A stretch of DNA of 59,235 nucleotides, counting the filler, from Aplysia californica (taxonomy: Eukaryota), in assembly GCF_000002075.1 (NCBI RefSeq). It is 2 parts of 2 records of this genome, joined end to end, with 100 filler letters (N's around TTAATTAATTAA, not from the genome) between each part and the next. Parts side by side here need not be neighbours in the genome. Positions count along the whole stretch, not along the records: positions 1 to 29,534 come from NW_004798213.1; 1 more part is not named here. The stretch is one strand, 5' to 3'. This document shows, piece by piece, positions 12,823 through 25,620 of the stretch. A model generated the notes under the pieces. That model saw only the letters and a program-made list of their open reading frames with translations. It did no database searches and was not told the DNA's origin. Numbering within the stretch: the first letter of the stretch is position 1; every line of letters begins with the position of its first letter. The position numbers and the translations under genes were made by a program.

Positions 12823-14356
12823 ACTAATGTGGTGTCCTGTGCCTTTTCTTCGGTTCCTGCTGATTATGTGAACCACATGATATGTACTGAACGGTGTTAT
12901 GGGCAGAGGAGTTGTGAAAGAGTCATCTGCAAAGAGATACATTGAAAGAGAAAATCACATGACATGAAAATTGTTTATAGTTCAAAAAGAAAGGACTCAT
13001 TAATGCCTTAAAAGTAGTGCTAAAAACCTATATATTATGAAAGCATTCAAGTTCTCAAAGGAGAAGTTGTGCTTTTGAACAGCTTCAGAAAGACACTTAA
13101 CGTCCTGTATTGTAAAGTGTTCATATCCTGTCTCTTGATGTCACTGCTGTTTTTGCAGTAGAGGTTTTTAACAAGCGCAAATACAGAATATTTTGATTAA
13201 CATCATATATGAGGAGATGAAATAATTCTCGAGAAGCAAAACAACTTTTAAAATACTATTTAAAAAAGTACTGAAAAAAAAATTTCAACTAACAACTTGA
13301 AAATCTACAAAGCTAATTACAGCTGAAGAGATAAATAGGGAGTCGGCTACCACTCATTCATGATGAGCGATATGACCCCTTTTCAAGAAAATCAACTGAT
13401 AAATCTAAAACAAAAACAAAAAAATCAGCATACGGGCACACACACCTTAAAAAGTTTAAACTTCAAATCCATCCCCGGCTATGTCTTCAAATAGTATGAT
13501 TTGAATCAATGCAAGAAACGAGTGTGCACTGACAGCTTGACCTCAGCATTCACTCACTGCATAAATATCCCACCTCTGTGAAGCTATTACAACTGGTTTA
13601 ATTCATTAAATTACACAGAAAACAAAGCTGCACAACAATGGTTATTTCTCGGGTCAAATCTCTTACATGCAACAAGGTATAAGATTGAACTTGCATTGGA
13701 CGGAATTTTCAACTCAACAGTCCTGATATCGAAAAGGCCATAAATAATTTATCGGGGGGGGGAGCTAATCTTTAACACTAATGCTGCAGTACACCAGATT
13801 TGTCCAGCAGGGCATGGTCACAATAAAAGAGGGCCATAAAAGTGAGGGTTACAATATTCACACGACAATAAGTGGAAACTGTGTCAGCAAGGATTACATC
13901 ACTCATCAATCACTTCTGTGGACACAGTTTATTACAACATGACTTCAGGCATTGCTCTACTACACAGTCCTGAGAGAGAGAGAGAGAGAGAGAGAGAGGN
14001 NNNNNNNNNNNNNNNNNNNNNNNNNNNNNNNNNNNNNNNNNNNNNNNNNNNNNNNNNNNNNNNNNNNNNNNNNNNNNNNNNNNNNNNNNNNNNNNNNNNN
14101 NNNNNNNNNNNNNNNNNNNNNNNNNNNNNNNNNNNNNNNNNNNNNNNNNNNNNNNNNNNNNNNNNNNNNNNNNNNNNNNNNNNNNNNNNNNNNNNNNNNN
14201 NNNNNNNNNNNNNNNNNNNNNNNNNNNNNNNNNNNNNNNNNNNNNNNNNNNNNNNNNNNNNNNNNNNNNNNNNNNNNNNNNNNNNNNNNNNNNNNNNNNN
14301 NNNNNNNNNNNNNNNNNNNNNNNNNNNNNNNNNNNNNNNNNNNNNNCTCTCTCTCT

Positions 14357-14393
<37 letters not shown>

Positions 14394-14573
14394 TCTCTTT
14401 TGCACATTCACTCCCACTTACAAAAGCCTGCCTGCAGAGGGTGTCCTTTTTTAAATTTTCAGTAAGAATATAGTAAACAGTTGTAATCTCTTTAGCTCCA
14501 ATATGCTGCGCCATTGTCTTCTTTATAGTATGTGTCACGACGCAGTAGAATCAGGCGTTCGTCATTTTTGTAC

Positions 14574-15024
14574 ATATGTGAGGCAGCGTGGTGGAATCAG
14601 GCTCTCGTCAAAATAATCAAAGTGAAGAAACTTGCATTTTTCTGCAGGTTTATGAATTTTTATCAAATTTTTGTTTTTTGATTCAACACCTTTCATGCCC
14701 ATTAAAGAACACATTTCTGAGTGGATTTTTTTTTTAAACGTTGATTAAAAGCACAAAAAATGTAAATTTTCAGTTACCACGGACTCTTTTAATTAAGCTA
14801 AGGAAATAACTAATCTTTAGCGGCTATTTTCTCACTACTTTTACCTCTGAAAACAGTTGATCCCCCACCTCCTTCATTTGTAGATATCTTGACTTGTATT
14901 CAAGTTAAATGGATATTTTTGTCATCCAAATAAAGACAAGTGAACAAGCTTTAAGATGATACTCAATAACTCTACATGCCCAAAAATTTACGAGAGCCTG
15001 ATTCCACCACGCTGCCTCACAAAT
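14574..15024. mobile_element. MITE with 32-bp perfect terminal inverted repeats
   Basis: tgtgaggcagcgtggtggaatcaggctctcgt (14577-14608) is the reverse complement of 14990-15021; AT-rich interior. Confidence 0.88.
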
Positions 15025-16544
15025 ATAGAGTTATTGGATTGTCTTAAAGCTAGTTCTTTTGTCTTGCTTTTGATAAAAAATTTATCTATTTAGCTTCAAT
15101 AGGAGTCAAGATAGTTTGGTTTGAACGAAGTGGGGGTCACCTGGTTTCTGGAGCAAAATTAGCGAAAGTATGGCTGCCAAAGTTTGGAGACTTCCAAAGC
15201 TTGACAGCCATTGGAAACTGTAAATCTGCATTTTTTTGGCTTTAATTATAATTATTGTTTTTCAGTAAAATCCACACAGCAGCAATGTATTTTATTTAGC
15301 CATAAAAGGTTTTGAGCCAAAAAGTAAAAATTAGATAAAAATTGCCCTACAGGAAGAAAAATACCATTTTCTTCGATTTCACTATTTTGACACCATGATG
15401 CCTCACATACAGATCATTTTGATGCTGCCTGGACTGGATTTTAATTAACTCGCTCTTCAAAAGAAGTTTTTCGCCTTGAAACATAATATATTTGGGTGGG
15501 CATCAGCATATATATCTGACTTCAAGATTGACTTTCAGCAGAGTTGCAATGTTTCTCATTATAATGCTCATATACATAGTACATAGTACTCAAATTGATA
15601 TTGAGCTCTCTTAGTTGATAAAGCACTCAGTATTGGCCAGTATCGACTAGTGCCCACCCCCAGTATTATTTTACTCAGGGACCTGTTTCAATCTCATAAA
15701 GCATTTTTTTGGTTCATTTCTATCTGCGTAACTTACACAAAGTTTGACTTTACCTCCATTGCAAACTATTAGTTTATGACATTATGGATATCATTTTACA
15801 AACTATATTACAATAGGCCTAATGGGGTAGTAATGTTTGACTTCATTTTAACACTTTCCAGTCACACAGCCAGCAGTACAGTACAAAATACCCCCTCAGG
15901 TCACCCGGCCAGGAGAGTGACTGCAACAGACTTCTCGGGCCTACCGCAGATCTGTGCCAGGTGACCGGAACGGATCATTTTCACCGACGCATTATTGTGC
16001 CACGTGACCTGCAAAGTGTTAACAACATGGGGGATTCATGGGGGCATGCCCTCCTGACCCAAAAAGAATCTAGGGAGTTTACCCCCCCCCCCCCCCCCCC
16101 CCCCCCGGCATTTCACCATGAGCAAATGTTTTGGCAATTAGGATTGATATTTACTTAAAAACAATTGATTTGCAATGGTCTTAATGGCCATGTATTACAT
16201 GTCATACCTTGTATAATATGATCTTATGAGCTCAGCCTTTTAAGTTAATCAAGACAGAGGATTTTACTACATTTGTTTTTCTCTGTCCTATTACCATAAG
16301 ATTCACTACTTTGTATGAATGAATGCATGTTTCATACATGATGTCAATGGACATGAATAAAAGCATTTCATTTCACAGGCTTTACTGCAGTATGTGCCAA
16401 TGTTGTTATACACAGCAGAATTCTACCAATGTGTTGATGGTGTGTAAAAGTATGTTCAATAAATTTATGTTGCAATTGAACTTCAATGTGTTAGTTTTTC
16501 TTCTTTGAATTATAAGGTGGTTTTTTTGTTGCTTTTTTACCGGA

Positions 16545-16925
16545 AAGTGGTTTACGGCGCTCGCAACTGCGTAAAGTCATATGAGTGCAGGAAACTAAAC
16601 ATTTTTAGTTTGTAGGAAACATTTCTTAATTTTTGCCAGGTGGCAGCCGAAGCCTACTCTTATCGATGTTGGACCACCAACTTGCACAAAGGACCTCCGA
16701 GATTTTTTGCCCTTGTCCGAGAAGGCTAGGTGTAGATCTTTCCTACCATAAGATCAGAGGTGTGGCTGAAAGACAGTGCGGCAGTACAGTAGTAAGGAGG
16801 AGCCAAAGAGTAGAAGTAGAAATAGAAAAGCTGCAGAAAGAGTCAGGAGCCCAGAGGACGGGGCCCAGGAGGTGAAAGGGGGGGGGGGGCAGAAAGTGGA
16901 GACGAAAGTAGACAAAAGAACATTA
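16545..16925 (-). mobile_element. Inverted truncated copy of the same SINE
   Basis: Reverse complement of the core (cctactcttatcgat, cttgtccgagaaggctaggtgtagatc) and tail (tttacggcgctcgcaactgc). Confidence 0.88.
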
Positions 16926-17250
16926 CTAGACAGCAGGAAAGGACATGAAAGGAGACAATTCTTTCAGAAGAAAACAATTTCTGTCCCGGGACTTATAGTG
17001 AGAGGCAAACACCTTAACCTCTCGGCCATGAGACTGAGAGCCCCCTGAATAAGTTTAGTTTATCAATACTATTATCATCATGAATTTTCAAAATATACAC
17101 ACACACATGATGCTTCTTTTTGTGTTTGGTGAATAAGGCCGCATGTTCGAGAATCAATGTCACCCCTATTTTGCACAGCTGTTTGTATCCATCTGGCCTA
17201 ACTTTTATTAACCATATTTTTTCACCACAGGGGGCTCTTGTGGCCTTGAG

Positions 17251-17410
17251 ACCCTATCCGTACGCCCTGGGGTTATTTTGTACCCCCCAGGGTTGTATTC
17301 ATAATTCTTCACATTTCAGAATACTTCTCGTACGAAGCTCTTGAAACTTTCAGTATTTCTTAAAAAATCATTTTGACAGACTGCTATGCAAAGCATACAG
17401 ATCAGATTAA
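17251..17410. mobile_element. Partial inverted copy of the piggyBac-like MITE
   Basis: Reverse complement of ~5855-6008 (aaaaatcattttgacagactgctatgcaaagc). Confidence 0.78.
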
Positions 17411-17545
17411 CCTTGGTGGTCTAAAATCGATAAGAGTAGGCTTCGCACCCAGACAAAATTCAAAATTTCCTATCAACTGAAAATGTTCGATGGGTCCCAT
17501 GCGCTCACGACCTTTAATGCAGTTGTGAGAGCCGTAAAACACTTT
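17411..17545 (+). mobile_element. 3' part of the same SINE
   Basis: ccttggtggtctaaaatcgataagagtagg...gcagttgtgagagccgtaaaacac. Confidence 0.8.
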
Positions 17546-18124
17546 TATTATACAAAAAAATCAAAACAAATTTCCACCACAATTTAGGCTAGATTAAAAA
17601 CTTTTCTTAATAATCAATTTACCACATGCTCCTTCCTGTCAAAATGGGATTGTCCACAGCACATCCCGCTTCTCAAACACATTTGGGTATGCAAAGCATA
17701 CGTCACAGCTCACCCAATGACACTTTTTAGATATGCAAAACTAGTATCTCTAGATCAAGATTTAGTTACAAAATTATTTTATAGTGCACACTTTTTGCAC
17801 TCAAAGTTGCACTAAAAATAATCTCGCAATTTAAAAAAAAGTGATGGGCTTGTTCAAATTAACACTTTGCCCCCAAAGGATGCCGATCGGCACCGGCGTG
17901 CGCTAGCATGTACCGCACCTGTATCCTGGCCCATGGGGATGTGTTGCGCGGCGCGCTGCGTGGGTGGAAAGTGTTAAAAGAGATATTACATGTATTAGGT
18001 AAACATTTTAAAATCAGAGGAAACCACCCACAGCCAAGGATTTTTAATCAATATAGTATACATACAGTAATCCGTTTATATCGACACGCTCTGGGAAGTG
18101 GATTTCACGTCGATAAAATTGTCA

Positions 18125-19020
18125 GCGCTTTTTCGGTAGTTCCCATCCCGCCATTGTTATTCGCGGGTTTTGGCCCCCAAGAGTAGGTAGGTTTCAGTTG
18201 CCCCCCCTGACCTAATAAAAATAAGGCATAAAAGGTGGGGGGGGTTCATGCACATGCGATTAAACGTAGAAAGACGCAAACTATTTTTAGGTACGGCGCC
18301 CATCATGTTTGACGTCACACCAGGATTCCCCTCCGATCACGTGACTACATTATATCTAAGTATAGCCACTGCATGGCACCAAAGATGGAAGAGTATGAAA
18401 ATTGCCGTAAAGACTCTGGAGGATTCTATATTAGAAGATCTACCCCCCCCCCCCCCCCCCCTCTCCTGCATTCTTCATCACTAAATACATAAAAAACAAA
18501 CAAACTTCAAAGCAGCTCTACAAATTATAATTTATGGGACTGTTGGTCAGTCGGGAGGAGGAAAAGAGAAAAAAAATATAGTCCGGGACCGGAATCGAAC
18601 CGCTCCTAAAACCATTGCATGACTTCAAACGCAGACGCGCTGTCTATTCGGCCATCAGAACTTCCGAGAGCGTGGTGTAGATTAAAAGCGTATATATATT
18701 ACATAGTATAGACACTTCCATCTTTGGTGCCATCCAAGACTAGTGTCTTGGGTGCCATGCGGTTGGCTATACTTAGATGTAGTCTCGTGATCGGAGGGGT
18801 ATCCTAGTGTGACGTCAAACAAAATGGGCGCCGTACCTAAAAATAGTTTGCGTCTTTCTACGTTTAATTTCGCATGGTTCACGCCCCCCCTGATTTTACC
18901 ATAATTTTGCAGTTGTTAGGTATGATATCTTAGGTTGCCGCGCATCAAACATATAGACCTAGATTCTAGATGTAGATCTAGGCTCAAATAAGGGGGGTGG
19001 GAACTGCCGAAAAAGCACCA
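18125..19020. mobile_element. Fold-back element or inverted repeat pair enclosing a tRNA-like sequence
   Basis: Arms ~18250-18392 and ~18712-18878 are near reverse complements; weaker similarity extends to 18126-18150 versus 18995-19020. Confidence 0.75.
18580..18661 (-). pseudogene. tRNA-like sequence (pseudo-tRNA or SINE head)
   Basis: GTTCTGATGGCCGAATAG...GGTTCGATTCCGGTCCCGGACT: A-box and B-box present; acceptor and anticodon stems imperfect. Confidence 0.6.
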
Positions 19021-19467
19021 AATTGTTGATATAAATTAAATATAAAGCCAAAGAGAAAAAAACAACAAGGGGAAGTCAGTGGTAAAGACAACTGCACTAC
19101 ATTTTTAAGCTGGTTGCTCTCCTTGCTTCTTACACAACTACACAGTAAAAGATCTAGATCTAGATTCTAGATCTAGAATCTATTCTTGACATATAGATTT
19201 AGATCTAGAATCTATATCTAGATCTCGATCTAGACTCTTCTAATAGGACCATGCCATCTATGATCTATACTAGACTAGAATCTCTAACTTCCATCAAAAA
19301 GTTCATTACAACAATTACAACGCATCAGAACCTTCAGAAGTTCTCTCGAAAGAAAAACACAACGCCCACGGATTAAAACTTCTCCTCACAAGCACAAATG
19401 ACGATCTAATCTAGATCCAAAATCTAGATTCTAGATCTAAATCTAGATAATGTTATCACAAACTTAC

Positions 19468-19620
19468 TCCAAAACCCGTTCTCTTCTCTCAACAAACTAT
19501 GCCGAAATGATTTAGTTCCTTGTTTGTTTCACCAAACTCATCAAACTGTCGAGACTGGTATCCGTGTCCAGAAGAATTTAATTAAATCTAGCCTTGTGCA
19601 CACGGGAAGTAACCCTCTCC
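19468..19620 (-). promoter_or_regulatory. Probable non-coding first exon and promoter of the PLC-gamma-like gene
   Basis: GA|gtaagtt donor at 19461-19467; ETS-like CGGGAAGT at ~19603-19610; dense TAGATCTA cluster just inside the intron. The link to the coding exons crosses the 14000-14346 gap. Confidence 0.4.
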
Positions 19621-19830
19621 TATTCAATGGCCTGGGCCAGAGATTTCCCCAATAAGCCTGGGACAAGGCTACGCCTCTGCCGTTGATTCAGGCTTACGTA
19701 ATTAGGCTACATATCCACATGAAGTTTGATTGTGATTTTATGTCACTTTCAAGAGAAGAAACAGCTAGTGTACCTTTCTTCTTCATATTACTTTCATTAC
19801 ATTTATTTAACAGTAGACCTTAAACGCTAG

Positions 19831-19869
<39 letters not shown>

Positions 19870-20730
19870 NNNNNNNNNNNNNNNNNNNNNNNNNNNNNNN
19901 NNNNNNNNNNNNNNNNNNNNNNNNNNNNNNNNNNNNNNNNNNNNNNNNNNNNNNNNNNNNNNNNNNNNNNNNNNNNNNNNNNNNNNNNNNNNNNNNNNNN
20001 NNNNNNNNNNNNNNNNNNNNNNNNNNNNNNNNNNNNNNNNNNNNNNNNNNNTATATTAATTACATTATTTATCTTTTTTTGTTAAAAAAAAGAAGCTTAT
20101 ATTGAATATTAGCCTATTATAAAAGCCTTTTTTGTTGTGTGTGTACTACTGTGTACCGTGCATAGATGTACACTATAGGGGGTAACTCTATGGTACCGTG
20201 CTACTTTGTTGGTCTTTTAAAAAAAGTATCTAATATATTTAATTACAAATGCATAATATCTCATAAGGCTCAATTGCTCTAAAATGTTCGACAATATTGA
20301 CTTTAGGAGATGATACGCACAGGCATGACATATCGCAGAACACCAGAATAGTGAAAAACGAGAAAAGCAAACCCCCCCCCCCCAAAAAAAAAAACACAAA
20401 ACAAAACAAAACAAAACAACAAAAAAAAACAACAACAACAACAAATAAAAAAAACAAACAACAGAAACGTGGGTTGAACGGAGGTTGCTCTTTTCTTTTT
20501 CCTTTTCCCCTTTGAAATAAAAGTTTTATATAAAAAATAAAAGTAAGTGTTTTTCACACCCTCATACACACAATTTAGATCATTTAGGATGCCGGATTCA
20601 ATTCGTCTCTTCGCAGATTTGGTTTCTCTTTCGTTTTCAAGTTATTTAAACCAATTTTTATATCATTATAGACCTACTACGTATAGCCTACTAAAAGACT
20701 TCTTATGCACTCACCAACTCATATACGAAC

Positions 20731-21270
20731 GGGGGCCCTCGTGGCCTAGAAGTTAACTTAAGGTGTTGGCCTCTCATTCAAAAGGACCAGGGTTCGAATC
20801 TGGTCAGGACCGAAGCATTTTCTTCGCTAAACTTGTCTCCTTTCACCTCCATTCCTGCTCTCTAGCTGTGCTGTCATCTGCTTTCGTCTCCACTTTCTGC
20901 CCCCCACCTCCTCACCTCGCCTCCTTTGCCCCTACCCCTCCTCTGGGCTCCTGACTCTTTTTGCAGTCTTTCTACTGCATACATTGGCTCATTCTTACTG
21001 CTGTCTTTCAGCCGCACCCCTGATCTTTTGATAGGGAAGATCTAGACCTAGCCCTCTCGGACAAGGGCGAACAATCTAGGAGGGCCCGTATGCAAGCTGC
21101 GCTCGTTAAAGATCCCTTGGTGGTCTAAAATCGATAAGAGTAGGCTACGGCAGCCACCCAGGCAAAATTCAAATGTTCCTACCCACTGAAAAAGTTTAAT
21201 GAGTCCTGCGCGCTCATAATTATGACCGTATGCAGTTGCGAGCGCCGTAAAACACTCTCGAAAAAAAAAA
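20731..21270 (+). mobile_element. Full-length tRNA-derived SINE with Nin/Deu-like central domain
   Basis: A-box TGGCCTAGAAG, B-box GGTTCGAATC, core CGTTAAAGATCCC...GATAAGAGTAGG, A-rich tail; exact 10-bp TSD ATATACGAAC at 20721-20730 and 21271-21280. Confidence 0.9.
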
Positions 21271-21364
21271 ATATACGAACTCCGCTGGCGGTGCGTGCTC
21301 TCAGACTCAGTAGCCAATTTGTCTGCGCTTTATAATAAATTTTTTTCTGTCTTAGCGAAACCGT

Positions 21365-21396
<32 letters not shown>

Positions 21397-21643
21397 GCTG
21401 CTGCTACTGCTGCTGCTGTTATTGTTTTTGTTTTCGACTCTATATGTTGTCTGCATGTATTGTAATGGTTGTTAAAATTGGTACGAACTTTAAAATAAAA
21501 ATCCCACCGGCATGCACCAGATCACATTCCTTTTTATCTCATTCAAACATCTCCACGGACACAAATAAAGAGACAGCCACTTTAATAGTTACACACCTAC
21601 ATTAATTTATTATGCTATAGTTGTCAGACCTCTCTGTCTGTCC

Positions 21644-21674
<31 letters not shown>

Positions 21675-21679
21675 ACTCT

Positions 21680-22200
21680 GAGACTGTTGTTGATGTGTAT
21701 CCTGAGAGGTCCTGGCTTCTGCTTACCGGGTACTTTCATTGTCTCTGTTTTGTTGATGTTGATCGTCATGTTATTTTTTTCGTTTAATCTGGTGAAGTAA
21801 TTCATTTAGGGCGTCTGGTTCTCTGTTGGCCTCTTTTGTAATTCTATCAATACATAATAATATGATAAATAGTAGCAGTGGTGATAGGAAACAACCATGT
21901 CTTACTCCGGATGTTATCTCGAACCCTTCTGCGAGTCCCTCCGACGTTCTTACTGAACTTAATATGCTGTTCTCATAAATGGCACAGATGTTATCTAGAA
22001 GTTGGCCTCTTACAGTGTGGTTTTTCGAGGGTTTTTTTCCACGGCTTGTTTCTGTTCACTCTGCCGAACGCTTTCTCCTGGACGACAATTACCATGTTTA
22101 GTTCCCTGTTGTGTTCTATTGCCCTTTTGCATATTTGTCGTAGGGCAAATATTACATCCTCTCCCCTTTCTAAATCCCATTTGGGCCTCATTCAGACATG
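21680..22200 (-). mobile_element. RTE-clade LINE reverse-transcriptase remnant
   Basis: Q-MGFRKGRG / DVIFALRQICKRAIEHNRELNMVIVVQEKAFGRVNR / MTININKTETM, with frameshifts. Confidence 0.85.
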
Positions 22201-22454
22201 GATGGAATGAAAATATATAATTTTTTAAAAAGCCAAAGGAAAACAGCTGCATATGCTGCGACTCCATAAATTCTCATGCCTGTCCTTGTTACCTCCGCCG
22301 CTAGGAATGCCCAATTATCATAATTTCCTATCAAACAGCTCCCCAAAGTCAAGCCATGTATTGTATTAATTTGCCCTTGCTATAACGGAGGGCAATTCAA
22401 ACAAACGCATTCCCTAAAGTTTTTATTACTGTGAAAGAAACTATAATTTGATGT

Positions 22455-22456
22455 CC

Positions 22457-22513
<57 letters not shown>

Positions 22514-22595
22514 GTCTGTCTGTCTGTCTGGCTGGCTGGCTGTCTGTCTGGCTGGCTGTCTGTCTGGCTGGCTGTCTGGCTGTCTGGCTGTCTCT

Positions 22596-22639
<44 letters not shown>

Positions 22640-22793
22640 CGCTCGCTCTCTCTCTCCGATCTCTCTCTCTCCATCTGCCAATAATTTTACTACATTACTT
22701 TCTTGTTATCTTTATAAACAAGCTTTTGGTGAGAAATTATTATTGGCCTTTGCGTACCTGATCAAAGAATCTCTCACATACACACACACACGT

Positions 22794-22854
<61 letters not shown>

Positions 22855-22870
22855 TTTGTGTGTGTGTGTG
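22455..22870. repeat. Compound microsatellites (TGTC)n/(TGGC)n/(CT)n and (GT)n
   Basis: Directly visible; similar tracts flank most gaps. Confidence 0.95.
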
Positions 22871-23420
22871 TTTTCTTATCCATCTCTTGCCAGTCTTCTC
22901 AATCTTTCCATAGATTTGGATTTTCTTCTTCACGGCTTGGGTAAGTCTTGAATAATCAGGCCTACTACTTGGTTCTGCTCAGCTTTCATCTGAAGCTACA
23001 TAAGAGCTGCCGTAAATAATCCTGGACTGAACACTGTTTCATGGAGTTTTTGGTGAAGTTCTTCGCCCATGTCAGATCAGCGGCTTATTTATACTGTATT
23101 TGCATGTAATTGCCCTCTATTTTATTTTTCCTAGGCCGTATGCCACAGGCAAATATAGCCTACCTATTATATCAGAAACAAATATGTGACGTTTTTTGAA
23201 TAAATTGCTTTCATGCATAAATTACACTTTCCGACTTGTCGAGGAACAGCTCGGCAGTTGAATTTCCCCAGAAAATAAAAAGGAAGAATAGGATGCGAAT
23301 ACTGTCTTATTCTGCGGTGTACTGAACATGGGGATCTTGGAGTGCGCATTTTTAAGCTTCAGTCAATACAACATCTTTTATGTTACTAATCATGTTATTG
23401 TCATTCAATAGGCAGTACCT

Positions 23421-23680
23421 TTAATTGGTCGCTTTTAAGGACAAATGGGCTAAACCAGATTTCGGGGGTTTCCAGAAATCTTGACCTACACCAAAAGTGG
23501 ACATTGTCCTGCCTATAGGAGAAGTTTGGTTTCATTGGTGTGTATATTTGTTTGGTTATAGAGAAAACTCTCCTTGTTTTTTTAAAGAAACTGAACAGGG
23601 GCAAACACTTTACCTTCGATTTTCTCAAAACAACATTTTTCGGGATAGCCCCCTTGTGCTTTTAACAGCGACCAATTTAA
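23421..23680. mobile_element. MITE with ~32-bp imperfect TIRs
   Basis: ttaattggtcgcttttaaggacaaatgggcta versus tagccccttgtgcttttaacagcgaccaatttaa. Confidence 0.7.
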
Positions 23681-23949
23681 AGACCGATTGGAAGGGGATA
23701 ATAAACATAAAGCTAATAACTTGGGTATGGCAATAGGCTCAAATGCATGTCAGCTGCTTTATAATCAAGTCGCGTCCGTAGATCAACAAGATTTAGGCTC
23801 TATAATTATAACGCAATTTTAAGTAAATTGGGTTCAGACTCACACTCTTACAACTAAACTATTTTATATCTGTAAAAAAAAGGGCCAGATTGTCTCAAAC
23901 CTTTGACTCAGTGAGCAGAGAATCCGTGTCAGCAATGTGTATTGTGTAA

Positions 23950-23956
23950 ATCATCG

Positions 23957-24010
<54 letters not shown>

Positions 24011-24170
24011 AGTGCCAGATCTGCGGCAGACATCGGCGATCATGGTTCTCCACTCATTCCTTTGCTCGTACGAGAAAGCTACGTTACCCTGAACTTTTCC
24101 CGTTACCCATCTGTTTAGGTTCTCTAAGTAGGTTGCTCTGGGGGCCTACTCCTCCCTCTGTGTAACTCAG
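23950..24170 (-). mobile_element. 3' end of an RTE LINE with (GAT)n tail
   Basis: Minus strand reads ...RNEWRTMIADVCRRSGT* followed directly by (TGA)n. Confidence 0.7.
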
Positions 24171-25075
24171 TTCTCGCAAAAAGTGGAGGTAGATCTTTGG
24201 CATTCCAAGAGAACACGTACAGTGTCTCGGTGCCTTCAGAAAGGATGAAACGACTCCCACTACTCTCAGGCCCGTAGACGTTCATGGCAACGTACCTAAG
24301 ACAATGAACGTATTGCTATGTTGGTCTTTCAGTTTTCTTTTGTGAGTGGAAAGGGGGGGGGGGGGGCTATTGGTGGGTAACTGGTCCTACTACTTTATTA
24401 TCTTTCTGAAGTCTAGTCTTTTCATTTTCTCAGTCGGTATCATTTTTTACTTGTGTGTGGAAGACGCGGTTCGAATTCTCAACAGGGTATTCTTGAACTT
24501 CAGTTTTTAGGGAGCATTCGAGGCTTTCCACCCACTCGGTTCGGTCACATTGGTCGCACCTTTTATAACGCCTAAACGCTTTATCCTGAGAGTGTTGAAA
24601 GGGGCATTAGTGGTATGTTGATACAAAACTGATCATGAAGTGTCTCTACGTGATAACCTAACAGTGAAAAAATGTAAGTCATATTTTCGTGTTTTTGAGA
24701 AATTTTAGTTTTAAAGTTTGGTATCTCATACTCATACTCGCTCGCATTATATTATGTATCTTTCACTGGAATATACATGTGCACTTTTCTTCTTTCATCT
24801 TTTACATAGACCATGTCGTTTTTCTCCCTTTAATAAAGCATGTTACTGTATGTTGAAGTTTGGTGTCTTAAAGCCCAGTTGGGTATAATTCGCAATAATT
24901 TAAAAAAAATTATAAAACATAACTGTTGTTTTCTTTCCTTCCTAGTTGTTAGGTTTACCTTGCCTTCCACCAGCACTCTACGCTTGTCGTCATGTCAATG
25001 CGATCCCCTTTGTCACATTACAACAAAACAGGCTCCGCTGTCTCCTCCAACCATGGCGATTAGAGCTTCACAGAA

Positions 25076-25620
25076 CGTATTCCTCCTTTTGGCCTACGGG
25101 TGATAACGCTGTCAGGTTCACATCTTTTAGGTCACGGGTTCGAGTCCCAATCTGGGTCCAACGTTGTGTCTTTGGTTAAGACACTTCATACTTTTTTCTT
25201 GAGTGGTTGGCGGGTGCTCTTGTGTGGTTTGCTCCTTCTTTCCTATCAAACATCTGTCGTCCTTATGTCCCCCTTCTTCTTTTTAATGTTTGTTGTTACT
25301 CTTTTGTAACACCAGCTCTAATCTCCTGGCGCTCATATGACCTTATGCAGTTGTGAGCGCAGAAAAAACCTCTACTAAAACTAAAAAACAGCACGTATTC
25401 TTCCTTTTGACCTTCTGGTGATAAGGCTGTCAGGCTCGCATCTTTTAGGTCACGGGTTTGAATCTCGATCTGGGTTCGAAGTTGTGTCTTTGGTTAAGCC
25501 ACTTCATAACATACTTTCTTTACGAAAGCCAAGTAGGATTGGGTAACTGGCTATGACAGAGAAAGATTTTGTCTCTCCATGTTTGCATGCTCGTGTTCAA
25601 GGGCTTTAAAATGGCATTTT
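25076..25620 (+). mobile_element. Two tandem heads of a tRNA-derived CORE-like SINE (25076-25190 and 25393-25510)
   Basis: B-box GGTTCGAGTCC / GGTTTGAATCTC followed by the CORE-like gttgtgtctttggttaagacactt in both copies. Confidence 0.65.

Noticed and set aside
13910-14473. Long ORFs crossing N-gaps (also at 25772, 26865-27465, 58035-58525)
   Set aside because: Artefacts of Ns and microsatellites. The 14000-14346 gap has (GA)n on the left and (CT)n on the right, so the join itself is uncertain.
18580-18661. Functional tRNA gene
   Set aside because: Acceptor and anticodon stems do not pair properly; embedded in a repeat.
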